64,000 nucleotides of DNA, from positions 184,264,001 to 184,328,000 of the forward strand of contig OZ024742.1 in NCBI GenBank assembly GCA_964016885.1. Reading direction: 5' to 3'. Numbering within the stretch: position 1 is the stretch's first letter; every line of letters begins with the position of its first letter. Positions 40,911 through 54,014 of the stretch are shown here, one piece after another. The stretch comes from Eledone cirrhosa. Lineage: Eukaryota. The notes beneath the pieces were generated by a model. The model ran no database searches, was not told the origin of the DNA, and worked only from the letters and a program-made list of their open reading frames with translations. The translations under genes were made by a program, and so were the position numbers.

Positions 40911-41086
40911 GCCTTGGGCACACCACTGATCGTTCATAGATGTCCTGTATTAAGCACCAAAACATCTTGATCTCGGTTTTACAGTTGATGAAGGATTTCT
41001 TTTCTTCTTTTCTTTTCTTCTCTTGTTTCGTCCATACTACCATCTTAAACTTTGTTTACAGTAACCACACAGCTCCTTTCGTTTCT

Positions 41087-41128
<42 letters not shown>

Positions 41129-41439
41129 GAAGGAAGAGGGAGAGAGAAATATCAGTGGCAAATCTTGTACTAAACACAACCATCTGCTTTGAAGCATTGT
41201 ATAACCTGTTGTTAGTATTACATAATTTAAACTATTAGATTTCTCATCATCATCATTTTTTTTACATTTGTTTTTCCATGCTTACATGGGTAAGTCTTTG
41301 TTTATTTATTTCTCTCTACATAGACTATTTTAATATTTTGTTATTTTTGGGATTGTTTAGATTATGTTTGAAAAATTATGTGGCAAACATTTTACTTTTG
41401 GGGGAAAAAAACATGTGTGTTCATGTGTGTGTGTGTGTG

Positions 41440-41748
41440 TGGACCTCCATCAGTTCTGATGAGTGCTCCACTTGAGCAACAGAACAACCTGTTCGTGAAA
41501 TTAATTACAAGTGCCTGAGCATTTCACAGACACAGGCATCCTTAATGTAATTCTCAGGGAAATGCAGCATAATACAGTGTGTAAAAAGCTGACCCTTTTA
41601 ATTACAGGTAAAATTCATTTTTGCCAGCTGAGTGAACTGGAACAATGTGAAATAAAGTTTCTTGAGATGCAACACATTGCCAGAGATTGAACTTGTGATC
41701 TTGCAATCGTGAGCCAAATACCCCTATGACTAAGCCATGTACCCTCAC
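41440..41748 (-). mobile_element. SINE with family-2-like tRNA head/core and a different tail
   Basis: Head TGGCTTAGTC...AGTTCAATC and core ACTTTATTTCACATTG; tail also seen near 17920-18070, 19000-19170, 21180-21270 and 24545-24685. Confidence 0.65.
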
Positions 41749-41770
41749 AAAAGCACCCTATATTTATTAA

Positions 41771-41990
41771 CCCTTTCAATACCAACCCGCTCAAAACTGG
41801 CTCAGGTTCTATGAAACAAAACCATCCATTTTAAAGGTTATCTATTTAAATCAAAATCTTCTAATAATTTTATATAAGAACTATATGTTAAGTTACTATC
41901 TTAGTAATGAAATAATTATTAATTCCAACCAATTCCTCATTAATTAATTGAAATAGAATGTATTTCATTAGAAAAACAGTCACAGAAGGG
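41771..41990. mobile_element. piggyBac-like MITE
   Basis: TTAA|CCCTT ... AAGGG|TTAA; related decayed copies near 19350-19608, 19795-20348 and 49830-50048. Confidence 0.75.
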
Positions 41991-44580
41991 TTAAATCAAC
42001 TGCAATCATCTGTATAATATAAGTGGGACACTAAACTAGCACAAATTTGTTGGAGAAGGTTGAGTCAATTGAATTTGCATTAGTATATGACTAATAGCTA
42101 TTTTATTGATCTCAGTTGAATGAAAGGTAATATTGACACATGTGGGATTTGGATAATGAAAGTAAATGTTAAAAAATATTTTATATGAAATGAGATAAGA
42201 GAAATAACATTTAGTTTGGTGCTCTATCATGTGAAATCTTCCTAATTATACTTTTTTTTTTATTAAAAAAATGTTTTTTATTCACTTTTTGAATGATAAA
42301 AACATCAAGTCATACTGTGGCTTCCTTAGGGAATTGGGTTTTAGTATATGGTAATTCAATTATTTATTTATCAGGTAAAAAAAACAACAATAGTGGTTTG
42401 CATTGGTAGAAAATATGCTTGACCTCTCTAGTTCTGGTGAAATGATAAAATACATTCAATAGACTCTATAAAGTGGTCATGGGGCCCTAAGTCATTGAAA
42501 CACCTGAGAAATCTTCTATGAGATGCAATTTCAAATTTCATTTCATTTTCATAATGATCAAATAGAGACAACCTTTAGAGAGCACCCTTTAGTCTTGTTG
42601 AGAATATAACAACCTCTGTAAGACCTGTGCCATGAAAAAATACACCCAGTACACTCTGTAAAGTGGCTAGCATTAGGAAGAACATCCAGTCATAGAAACT
42701 ATGCCAAAGTTTGGAGTATACATGCATGGCATGTTCCCCTAACCAATCTATCTAGGAAGGCGGTAACTCTGAATAAGAACTCAAACTGTGACAACCCATC
42801 GAACCAATGTCAGCTATGAAAACAACATCAAATGAGGATGATGATGGTAATTGGTTTCACCATTAAATTTTACCTTAAACTGCTAAGGTATATGATCAAT
42901 ATATGTCTGTACAGAAACAGTACAAGATTTAAACGAAGCTGTATAGATGTATATGGCTTGTAGGGTGGGCGGCTCTATGATTAAAAAAAAGGAAGGGACT
43001 GATAACTGTTCCCTGATGAACCCCAATCTGCATGCTAAATTTATCATTGTACTTATTGCTAACACTCATCTTGCTGACTGCACCTCTTGTGCTACCTTCA
43101 CAAGCCATTTATCTACTCCTAGTTTCCTTAATAACTACCACTATTACTGTCTTCAAGTACCAGTTTAGGATATATCTCCACTTCACTCTTTATAATGCAG
43201 TGTGGACCAATGGATCACTTCCCAGATGTCAACTTTCCATAGAAGATATCCTATAAGATGTAGATGTCCTCTACATGGTGAATGTGACTGTTTATTGATT
43301 GATGGTGATGACTGGTTGTTGATTGGTGGTTATGACTGGTAGTGCCCCTGTGTTCTGTCCTAGGATACTTATCTTCTGATTCCTAGTCAACCTGAAGTCC
43401 TTGCAGGTGTGAGTGAAGTGGTCTGTCAGTGATTGGAATTCCTGCTAGGAGTGGGTAATGACTACTGCATCATTGAAAAACAGCAGCACATCTCAGATAA
43501 CTGATACATGTACTCTTGTTTCTGATGAGTGCTACAGAAGAGCTTACTGTTTGATCTACATATGTATGTATGTATGTACATATGTGTGTGTTTAAGCCAG
43601 TGTCTTATGTTTTAAATTTACTGTTTATGTCCTGCAACTTAGTAGTTCATCAAAAGGTGATTACTAAAATAAATACCAGATATGAAAAAATCCTCTTAGT
43701 GCTGGTGCCATGATAAAATTGCACCCAGTAGACTCTGTAAAGTGTATGACCATATATAAGTGAGATGTCCTCTGTTCTCCAGTCTCTTTAAGGACAGTGG
43801 CTCTGATTGTTTAACATTCATTTCCCTATGCTATGGATGATAACAAACCATCGATACCATAGGAAAATGGATATTAAACAATGACAATCAACTAAACCAA
43901 GACAGTTCCTCAGCAGCCCTGCAGTCTAATGACTGAAATCAGTAAAAGAGTATAAGAAAATATGAATAAAAGAATAGAAGAATAAACTTGTGTGTAGACA
44001 TTTATAACTCCTTTGGGTTACCTTACTATATGGGTTGCTAGGTCAATAGTTCAGTAGCTAAGTCAAAAAGCTATTTATAACACAAATCTCTCTTTCACTC
44101 TCACTATCTTTCTGCCCCCCCCCCCTCACTCTCTCTGCTCCTCCTTCCTATCTTCTGGTATAAAAATTGGAAATATTTACAGAACTACTCTCTTGCTCTC
44201 TCTATGTTTATTTACCTTCCTTTTGTCTCTCTGCATCCCAGTTTCTCATCATCATCCTCACCACCACCCTTCTCTTTCTCTCTCTCTTTATTTGCACACT
44301 CTCTCTCTTGTTCTGGTATATCCTATAAGTGCTTCTTTTTTGTGTGAGTATGCTTTTATTCTTTTATTGGTTCCAGTCATTTGACTGTTGCCACGCTGGA
44401 GTACTGCCTTGAGATTATATTGATAATTTTAAAATGCATTTAATCATAAGGACAAAAAGAAAAAGGAAATGGGTGGGACCATATTGACCTCTTCCTTTTT
44501 GTTTGTTTTTAATTTCTTAATTTTATTTTATTATATGTTCTCAGAAACCTTCCACCTGATAACATTGATGATGAAGTTGC

Positions 44581-44633
<53 letters not shown>

Positions 44634-47379
44634 GGGGGGGGGGGGGGGGGGGCAAATAGGTTTGGGAAAGCAAAATGTTATCCCAGCCAACTTCTATTCA
44701 ATCTATTTATCTTAATACTATTTTCAGTAATCTCATTTACATAAGGGTGTGAATTGGCAGGATTGTTGGAAAGGCAGATAGAATGCTTTGCTGTATTCTT
44801 TCCAGCTCTGTGTACTCTGAGTTCAAATCCTGCAGTCAATTTTGATATTATCTTTCAGAGATTGATAAATAAAGTACCAATCCAGTAATGGGGGGGGGGG
44901 CTATTCTTCCTCTGTGTCTTCTTCTTAATTTCTCTGTCTTTATAGTTCAATAGCTAAGTCAAGAACCTATTCATAGCACAAATCTCCCCCTACCCCTCCT
45001 CTCTCTCTCATCATCATTTTCCATTCATTTTTCCATGCTTCTATAGTTGAATGAGTCTTTTCCAACACAGCCTCCCTCCAATTGTTGCTTGTTGCTTGTT
45101 GCTTTCCTTTGCCCTTTCCTCTGTGAGGTTTGACATTTTAAGATCAGCTCTCACTATTTCTGCTCATGTTTTTTTCAGTCTTCCTCTACTGTAGCTTCTT
45201 TCCACTGAGATCTCCGGGTACTTTTTCACCAAATGATCATAATCCAAATGCATCACGTATCCATACAAGTGTAATCTTCTCCTCCTTGCACACTGCATAT
45301 GATTCTACTTATGCCCAGTTGTGTGTGTATGTGTGTGTGAATATTAAAAATAAATACAATATATATAAATATATGGAGGAATGTGACTTGAGAAACCTCT
45401 CCATCCTTTAACAGTATGGTGAGGTGACATAAAGTAATTGATAGGAAGAGTGGGGTGGGGGTGGGATTGTAGAGTTAGCAGGGAAATATATAATTATATT
45501 TATAGCAAACATTTAGATAGTGGATTACTTTGTTGTTAATAAGATATCAATTTTCATAGTATTTATCTGTTATAGATGAAACTTAATTTACATCAATTTT
45601 GGAGTTGTTCTTACCTGGCAAAGTGACTTGATCGGAGACAATGCCATTATCATCGTCATCATCTTCATCTTCGTCATCATCATCATCAGCATTATCATCT
45701 CTGTTCAACATCTATTTATCATGCTTTCATGGGTTAAAGGGGCTGTCAAGTTATGAAGCCAGACAGGTAAGGTGACCATGCCATGCTCAAATGTTCTGTT
45801 TTTGACATAGTTTTCTATGGCTGAATGCCCTTACTAATGCCAATCATTTCACAGCATGTACGGGGGTGGGGGTCGTAGCACCAACGCTACCACCTTATTG
45901 GTTGGACTGGGTGATTTTTGTCATGACACTAGTATGATCACCTTACAGGGTGGACTGGATGCTTTTCATCATGGCATCAGCACTACCACTTTACAGGGTA
46001 GCGGGAGTGTATTTTATCAATGTCCCCAGTGCTATCTCATTTTACGACATTTGAGTGCTTGATGTGTCTTTGGACTGGCTGGGGAGACAATACTGAGAGT
46101 AAGATGAAAGAACAAGCATGGAGCTACAAGTTGCTTGCTAAGGGATGGATGGGGTGGGGGTATGAGTAATCCCACAGTAAGAGAGCAAGCAACTTGTCAT
46201 ACAGGGGTCTTGAAGAGAGTGAGTTACATTTGACAGTATATTGTTGAACATGTTCAACTTTTCATTCATGTATGAGATGGACAGGAAAGCTTTATTGGGA
46301 ATGCGGCAAAGAAATGAGGGGTAGCACATTATCATGATGACTTGGCTGGACAACAAACCATATCAAGTTCATACATTCCATTTTGGCATGGTCTCCATCG
46401 CCAGATGCCTTTTCCAACCCCAACCAAACATTTATCATGGTACGAGGTGGAGTATACCCATCTTTGCATGTTGGCATGGACTAGATATGGATAGTGGGGA
46501 AAGATCTATCTATTTATGTTGGTATGTGCTGGGCTTTGCTAGAAGGAGTAGGTTATATGCTGGAATGAGTTGGCTGGGCAATGTGAGGATGTAGGATGTG
46601 AGTGGAGGAAGGCTAAGGTAGAGTACTTAGATAGCAAGAGAGGTGGGGATGGAGACCAAAGTGTTGTTCCACTTCTTCACTACTGTCTCCTCTATGCTCA
46701 TTTCATCCTGCTAGTGTGAGACAGCAGGTCCTCTGTAGTAGGGTGTGTTACCAGTCAACGCAATTTGCAGCATCTCTTTTAGGAGGTTTAGTTACATAGG
46801 GTTAGCTTTCATAACACCATTTCGAGTTTTCTTAGGTCTTCCTCTACCATAGTTTCAATCAACTTCGAGTGCCCTACTCTTCTTTATGCAGTTGTCATCC
46901 TCCATATACATCACATGTCCATACCATCTGCACACTGCATCTGACCCCTCTTTTACCCAGTTTCTCTCTGAGTTCAGTGATGCTTCATCATTCAAGTACA
47001 TTACTATTACACATCCATTGGAGTATCATTTCTTTCCAATCTTTGTACACAAAGCCCAATTCTCACTTCTATGCAGCATTGCTGTTCACACACAAACATC
47101 CTACAAAATGTCACTGCCTTCTTACAGCTGTATTCTCCAGCCTACTGGGCTTACAGTCCTGTGCAGATAGAAGCCCACTCTCTACAGCCATACTTACCAC
47201 TCTTTCTGAAACTTTACTGGAGAGTAGCATCTCCTACTTCACTCTTACCTTTTAATCAAGTAGTGAAGTTAATATAATTAGCTAGTCCCCTCACTACAAA
47301 TTTCTGGTCTTGAGATCATTTTAAATAATGCTGCTCATTAACATCAACTTTTATATACTTGTTTATTATTATCAGGGTG

Positions 47380-47780
47380 GCATGGCATATAGCTACGGGC
47401 CCTTTATGTTCTGAATTCAAATCCTGCTAAGGTTAGCTTTGCCTTCCATCCTTATGAGGTCGATGAGATAAAGTACCAGTACCACACTGGGATCGATTTA
47501 ATCGACTTTCTCCTTCCCTTCAAATTGCTGACCTTTGTGCCTAAAATAGAAACAATTATTACCAGGGTCGTAAATTGACAGAATGATTAGAGCATCAGAT
47601 AAAATGCTTTGCAGTATTTGTTCTGGTTCTCTGTGCTCTGAGTTCAAATCCCATTGAGGTCAACTTTGTCATTCATTCTTCAAGTGAGATGAGTGTGACT
47701 GACAATAGATAAAGTACCAGTCATGTACAGAGGTAGATACAATCAACTATGTCCCCATCACAAGTTTCAGGCCTTGTGCT
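47380..47780 (+). mobile_element. tandem decayed SINE family 1 copies
   Basis: Repeated TTCAAATCC / AAAGTACCAG / CCTTGTGC motifs. Confidence 0.7.
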
Positions 47781-47792
47781 TATTATTCTTAA

Positions 47793-48907
47793 CTCTTAAC
47801 ATCCTGTATCACATTAAATCACATTAGCAAATTATTCTTGAAAAGTACAAAACAACACCATGGTAGCAAATTATTCTTGAAAAGTACAAAACAACACCAT
47901 GGTAGCAAATTATTCTTGAAATGTACAAAACAACACCATGGTAGCAAATTATTCTTGAAAAGTACAAAACAACACCATGGTAGCAAATTATTCTTGAAAA
48001 GTACAAAACAACACCATGGTAGCAAATTATTCTTGAAAAGTACAAAACAACACCATGGTAGCAAATTATTCTTGAAAAGTACAAAACAACACCATGGTAG
48101 CAAATTATTCTTGAAAAGTACAAAACAACACCATGGTAGCAAATTATTCTTGAAAAGTACAAAACAACATCATGGTAGCAAATTATTCTTGAAAAGTACA
48201 AAACAACACCATGGTAGCAAATTATTCTTGAAAAGTACAAAACAACACCATGGTAGCAAATTATTCTTGAAAAGTACAAAACAACACCATGGTAGCAAAT
48301 TATTCTTGCAAAGTACAAAACAACACCATGGTAGCAAATTATTCTTGCAAAGTACAAAACAACACCATGGTAGCAAATTATTCTTGAAAAGTACAAAACA
48401 ACACCATGGTAGCAAATTATTCTTGAAAAGTACAAAACAACACCATGGTAGCAAATTATTCTTGAAAAGTACAAAACAACACCATGGTAGCAAATTATTC
48501 TTGAAAAGTACAAAACAACACCATGGTAGCAAATTATTCTTGAAATGTACAAAACAACACCATGGTAGCAAATTATTCTTGAAAAGTACAAAACAACACC
48601 ATGGTAGCAAATTATTCTTGAAAAGTACAAAACAACACCATGGTAGCAAATTATTCTTGAAAAGTACAAAACAACACCATGGTAGCAAATTATTCTTGAA
48701 AAGTACAAAACAACACCATGGTAGCAAATTATTCTTGAAAAGTACAAAACAACACCATGGCTGCATCACATTAAAAATTAATGTCTTTACTTTAGTTAAC
48801 TACAATTCTTCACAATGATCTGTCCATAAGTAAAGATGCTAGAAACATTTTAATTAACAAATCCATGTCGAGATATTTTCTGCTAAATTATTACAGGATG
48901 TTAAGAG
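47793..48907 (+). mobile_element. TTAA MITE containing an internal minisatellite
   Basis: TTAA|CTCTTAACATCCTGTA ... TACAGGATGTTAAGAG|TTAA perfect 16-bp TIR. Confidence 0.9.
47825..48760. repeat. 24 x 39-bp minisatellite
   Basis: (TAGCAAATTATTCTTGAAAAGTACAAAACAACACCATGG)x24, no spacers. Confidence 0.97.
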
Positions 48908-48999
48908 TTAAAGCTGTTGTATCTTATAAGAGTAGCAAATTGATAAATTCATTAGAACATTAGACAAAATGACTCCAGGTAGAGCCGCTACTTCTTCAA

Positions 49000-49245
49000 A
49001 TTGAGGGATCACAGCTCCAATACTATGGGCATGTGGTTAGAATGTCTCAGGAAAGAATCACTGGACAGATTTTATGGGCAAAACCAATTGGTAAGAGATC
49101 CAGGGGTAGATGCCAAGCAAGATGGTTTGATAACATTCATGAACTTGGCTGGTCACGCTTGGGGATCCAACCGGATCAGTTGGAGATGGTTGCTTCTGAC
49201 AAGGAGTGTTTGAGGACCCTCTCAGGAATAAGTTGGCAAAGAAGA
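49000..49245 (+). mobile_element. 3' fragment of another RTE-like LINE
   Basis: GHVVRMSQERITGQILWAKPIGKRSRGR...RWFDNI; related piece at 34850-35100. Confidence 0.6.
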
Positions 49246-49421
49246 AAACTTGTAATATTTTTCTGGCACTGAGGTCAAATCCCATCCTAAACTTTGCCTT
49301 TCATCCTTTTAAGGTTGATAAAATAAAGTATCAGTCAAACACTGGGGTCAATGTAATTGACTTACCCTCCTTTCCTAAACTGATGGCCTTATGCCAAAAT
49401 TAGATAACATTATTAAATAAG

Positions 49422-49605
49422 GGCGGTAAAATGGCAGTATCAGTAGAGGGTTGGACGCCATGCTTTCTAGCATAGTTACGTCCCTTTACGGTTTGAGTTC
49501 AAATCCCGTTGAGGTTAACTTTGCCATTCATCCTTACGGGGTCGATAAAATAAAGTACCAGTAATGTACTGGATAATTGCTGGCCTTGTGCCAAAAGTAG
49601 AAACA
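49422..49605 (+). mobile_element. SINE family 1 inserted at the tail of an older SINE
   Basis: Full body; TSD ATTATTAAATAAG. Confidence 0.88.
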
Positions 49606-50587
49606 ATTATTAAATAAGAAACAAGGATGGCGGATTGGCAGAATCATAAGAGCATCGGATAAAATGCTTTGCTCTGAGTTCAAATCCTGCTACAGTCAAC
49701 TTCACCTTTCATTTTTCCAAGGTAGATAAAATAACTATCAGTCAAGTACTGGTTTTGATTTAAATTACTTTCCTCTCCTTTAAAAAAAAAAATTGCTAGC
49801 ATTGTGCATCAATTAGAAACCATTTTCTCTAGCGTTTTGTTACCATATATCTAATGAAAGACAGCTGTGATTTTGAAATAATTTATTAAATAATCAAGAA
49901 GTTTGAGGGATAATAATAAATATGTTTATGCTTGAAGCATAACTAAACAAAGGTTCTTACATAAAATTATGATAGAAAGTTTTTAACAAACTGTTTTGTA
50001 TTGTAGAAAGGGGAGCTTCAGGCAAAAGGGGGAGTGTCAAAAAGGTTAAAAAATACTCAGTTTAAAAACTTTGCTGAAAAGTTATCTTACAGAAATAGAA
50101 GACAGCATTGTGAAAAGACAGTGGGGCATGATAGTCTTCTGTAAAACTAGTGACCAACTAAATGAATTAGAAAGTCTTATTGTTATTTGTTAAACTAGTA
50201 ACTGGATACTATCTTCCATATATTCTTATATTTAGCATAGAGTATATAATTTTCTGGTATTTCTAGAAACATCTTTATGTATGTATGTGTACATGTATAT
50301 ACGTGGTAGTGGGGGTGTAGAGGATAGGGGCACTAATTTCTTGTATTCACAGTCACACAGCCTGACCTGAATTATACACATAACTGTTGAAGTAGGTTTG
50401 ATAAATGTTACATTTTAGGGTTCATAGAAGGGGCAGCAGAGAATTTACTTCTGTTTTCAATGGTTTTTTTTTTGGGGGGGGGGGGGATTGCTCTTGCTAT
50501 TCTTATCTTTATTGAAACTAGAGGATTTTTTTCTACCTCTTATTGTTTTTTCATTTGAATAGGGTATAAAAATCATATTGGTAAATT

Positions 50588-50633
<46 letters not shown>

Positions 50634-50692
50634 TCCCTCTCTCTCTCTCTATATATATATATAGTTATGTAATAAACAACATAAGATAATTA

Positions 50693-50752
50693 TTTCATTT
50701 ACAAGTGCTTTCTTGAAAGCAAACAAATTTGCTTTCAGTCATCAGAATGAAA
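50693..50752 (-). ncRNA. type-I hammerhead ribozyme (stem III disrupted)
   Basis: Inverted copy of 50829-50888; stem III region is GCACTTG instead of CCACTGG. Confidence 0.6.
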
Positions 50753-50828
50753 AAATCCTGGTGTTTTTATTGAATGTGGATTTGAAAACCAAAAACCTAA
50801 TTCACATTCAATAAAAACACCAGGATTT

Positions 50829-50888
50829 TTTCATTCTGATGACTGAAAGCAAATTTGTTTGCTTTCAAGAAACCACTGGTAAATGAAA
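50829..50888 (+). ncRNA. type-I hammerhead ribozyme
   Basis: TTTCATT-CTGATGA-C.TGAAAGCAAA.TTTG.TTTGCTTTCA.A-GAAA-CC.ACT.GG-TA-AATGAAA: 7-bp stem I, 10-bp stem II, intact core; predicted cleavage after 50881. Confidence 0.85.
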
Positions 50889-50981
50889 TAATTATCTTAT
50901 GTTGTTTATTACATAACTAATAAGCTCTGTAACCTACATAGAGCACTCTTTTGTCCTGGACCTTTCCGACGGAATTACTTC

Positions 50982-51016
<35 letters not shown>

Positions 51017-51600
51017 AATGAAAAATGGTGTGCTGTGTTGTTGCAAATGTGATATACAAATTAAAATGAAGAATTAGAAATAGGACTATCCATCATCAGT
51101 GATCTACTAGCCATCATAGGTATTCCTTCGCATTAAAGATCAGATACCCCCGGCCAGCACAAACAATAACTAAATAAAGTTATTGGGATAAAAAGAATTG
51201 GGTGGGGAAAGAGAGAGAGGCGAAGAAACAAAAATGGTGAGGCAACGTAGAGAGGAAAAATGAGAAAATCAAGTCAGTGATTCATTTGAACATAAGAACT
51301 TGCGAACATTGACAAGAAGACGAAAGACGGTCCGTACCATGCGAAAAGTGAGCGAGAAAAGAATTTTGTACGGTGCCGGACGTTGGAGAAAGTGAGAGAG
51401 GGTGAGTAACAGAGAGTGATATATATATATATATATATAAAAGACTATTTCATGGCTGAATACAATAAATGTAATCTGAATTTTTTGAATATTAATAATA
51501 ACATTCGATTCGTTTGCAATTATGCAAACAAGCCTCAATTTTATAGCCATGTCAGTAGAATGAACACTTCATTTTTGCTCTTGTGTTGGCACATGAACAG

Positions 51601-51648
51601 AACTGCAGGCACTAATGTTTCTGGGTATCACCCTTCATCAGTACAGCT
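51601..51648 (-). ncRNA. degenerate minimal hammerhead ribozyme
   Basis: AGCTGTA-CTGATGA-A.GGGT.GAT.ACCC.A-GAAA-CATTAGTG-CC-TGCAGTT; near-palindromic stem III, U16.1 replaced by C. Confidence 0.55.
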
Positions 51649-51712
51649 CACTGTTCACCTGCCAAACTGTCAGAGCTAGTGAAAATATATGCTATTTTCA
51701 AAAATACACAGT

Positions 51713-51810
51713 GACTGATCGGCCTGATTTGCATATTAGCAGACTGGCTGATCAGTCAGATCTGCATATTAGTAGACCCACTGATCAGCCAGATTTACAT
51801 ATCAGCTGAA
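51713..51810. repeat. 3 x ~33-bp degenerate tandem repeat
   Basis: CTGATC(G/A)G..(T/A)GAT(T/C)T(G/A)CATAT(T/C)AG.. x3. Confidence 0.75.
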
Positions 51811-51915
51811 TTTGGCAAAGCCGGCAATTTATCGCTCGTTTACAGGAAACTGACTGGCCTGTCTGCTGATACCATCAACACCATAAACACAGAGCTAGCA
51901 TATCTAAGAACTGAC

Positions 51916-51975
51916 TTATTGCCTGATGAGGTCATAGCCATTCAATGGCTATCATCGAAATATGTATAGCAGTAA
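51916..51975 (+). ncRNA. type-I hammerhead ribozyme
   Basis: TTATTGC-CTGATGA-GGTCATAGCCA.TTCAA.TGGCTATCATC-GAAA-TATGTA-TA-GCAGTAA, overlapping AATAAA. Confidence 0.8.
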
Positions 51976-52014
51976 ATAAAGGATTATGAGTTCATGCAAT
52001 TGACTTAAGTTTCG

Positions 52015-52051
<37 letters not shown>

Positions 52052-53534
52052 CTATTACTTTGTCAATGTTGGGACAATGAAATATTTTGTTGACCTCCAG
52101 ATGGATAAAAGGCAAGTCCATCTAAACAAGATTGGAACTTAGAACATGGACATTCCTAAATAAACAGCACTAGATGCAAGACAATGAGGCAATCATTAGT
52201 CACTGCTAGAAACAGCAGTCAAATCTCCCTCAAATCACACCCTGCTGCCTTAGATACACTGACTTGATTGGAACTATGTGAAATGAAGTGTTTTGCTCAA
52301 GAACACAACACGCCATCCAGTCAAGGAATCGAACCCAGAACATTATATCTTAGGTTTAATACTCTAACTGCTAGGCCACTCAATAATAGAATAAGAGTTA
52401 TAAGGGGGAATGATATAGTGTAAATAGGAGGAATATGGCTCCTGAAAACAATCTGTGTACAGACAGAACAAAATAGTGTGTTAGAAAGGTTAATGATATA
52501 TGGTTAGTTATTTATATGGTGGTGGTGGTGGTGGGGGGCTGTGACACAAGTGTGGTTTCAGTTTTGTTTTGTGGTGGTGGTGGTTGTAGTGACACAAGTA
52601 GTGGTGGTGGAGTTGGTGGCTATGATATTATGTATTACTATTGTAAGTGTAGGACTTCAGTTAACTGTGAATGGGCTGACCTTTGACATAGACATTGTAT
52701 GTTTGTGTTTGGGTTGGGAGTTAACGGTGTGGCAGTGAAGGCAACTTGATTATTCAAATCAGCATTTCTAGCAACGTTAAATATTAGTGGTTAGCATTTT
52801 GAGTTTGCATTTGTAAGGTCATGAGTTTGATTCTTGGACTGGGCAGTGCATTGTGTCCTTAAGCAAGACACATTATTTCATGTTGCTCCAAACCAATCAA
52901 CTGGGAAAAAAAGTGTTGCAATGTCACTGGTGCCACTCAAGTTTGAATCCCAGAGGAACTTTCCAGGTGGCCCTATGGTTAGTCATTACCAGCGAGGCCT
53001 GCTCCTCAAAAATTAGTAAAAGTTTTGCCCCAAACATTAGAGGCTAATCACAACAGAGTCTATCCTGGTTTTGTTGGTGATGACTGAGAGGACAAGACTG
53101 CCTATCCTCAGCCCCTACTCTACAAAACAGGATGACAGTTTGTTATAGAGTTATCCTCCAGCTACTTCTGTTACTCATGTTTTTCATCTGAGTGAACTGG
53201 AGCAGTGTGAAAACAAGTCTCTTGCCTAAGGACACAATGTACTGCCCAGTTTGGGAATTGAACCCATATCCTAATGATTGGAATCCCAACACCCTAACCA
53301 CTAGTCCACATACCTTCACACAACTACTTTTTTGTTCTTGTAATTTGGTCACTCAATCATAATTATTTGTCATGTCCTAAAGTTTTGGACTTAAATCTTA
53401 GGTGAATAGTAACCAGATAATACACATTTGCCTACTAGATAGAGCTGACAGTGTGTTGACAGAGTGCATTGCTTAGTGGTTTTTGACACAGGATGGAAAT
53501 GCATGTCTTTGAAAAACTCTATCCATTATTGTAA

Positions 53535-54014
53535 CTAGCAGAAAAACAACCCTTCTGGTGGTTTTCTGCTAGCATGTGTAGTGTGTATATTGATATTATA
53601 CGCAAGTATATATACATGTAGATATGATACATCAAATAAAATTGTAATTGACAATATACACAGAAATTGATCGAAGACTGTGTTACACTGTCTTATGTAA
53701 TCAGTAACGTAATCCATGATACATTAAAAAAAGACAATATTATATATAAACTGCATTAGGAGAAAATTACTGACAGAAAATGAGTATGTTTATTTAGGCG
53801 ATCGCCAACCGGAAGTGTTGACATTTCAGAAATTTTAAAGAAATAAATCTTTAAATAAACAAAACATATTTAATCAACAGCCACGAAATTTAGTAGATAA
53901 ATTATGTAATATTCATTCATTATTTATTCAAAGTAATCCAACTTATTTTACTAATAGGGTAAAAAATTATAAACCGTATGCAGTCCTGCGCTCCTCCCTT
54001 TATTATAGTTTAGA
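53535..54014 (-). mobile_element. non-autonomous Helitron
   Basis: Minus strand A|TCTAAACTATAATAAA ... hairpin GCAGAAAACCACC-AGAAG-GGTTGTTTTTCTG-CTAG|T; no TSD, A|T target. Confidence 0.78.

Larger units (their letters stand above)
50662..50919. repeat. 117-bp-arm inverted repeat carrying two outward-facing hammerheads
   Basis: 50662-50778 versus 50803-50919, two mismatches seen; flanked by (TA)n. Confidence 0.95.

Noticed and set aside
41456-41495. CTGATGAG motif (also at 6482 and 43522)
   Set aside because: No properly placed GAAA or stems; the 41456 and 6482 motifs lie within SINE or LINE sequence
47825-48760. CRISPR-like array or 326-aa repeat protein
   Set aside because: The units are contiguous with no unique spacers and no cas genes; open frames follow from the 39-bp stop-poor unit inside a MITE
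51078-51105. Minus-strand CTGATGA-T-GGA.TAG.TCC-T half hammerhead
   Set aside because: GAAA, stem III and cleavage site are absent; may be a truncated remnant but cannot be supported
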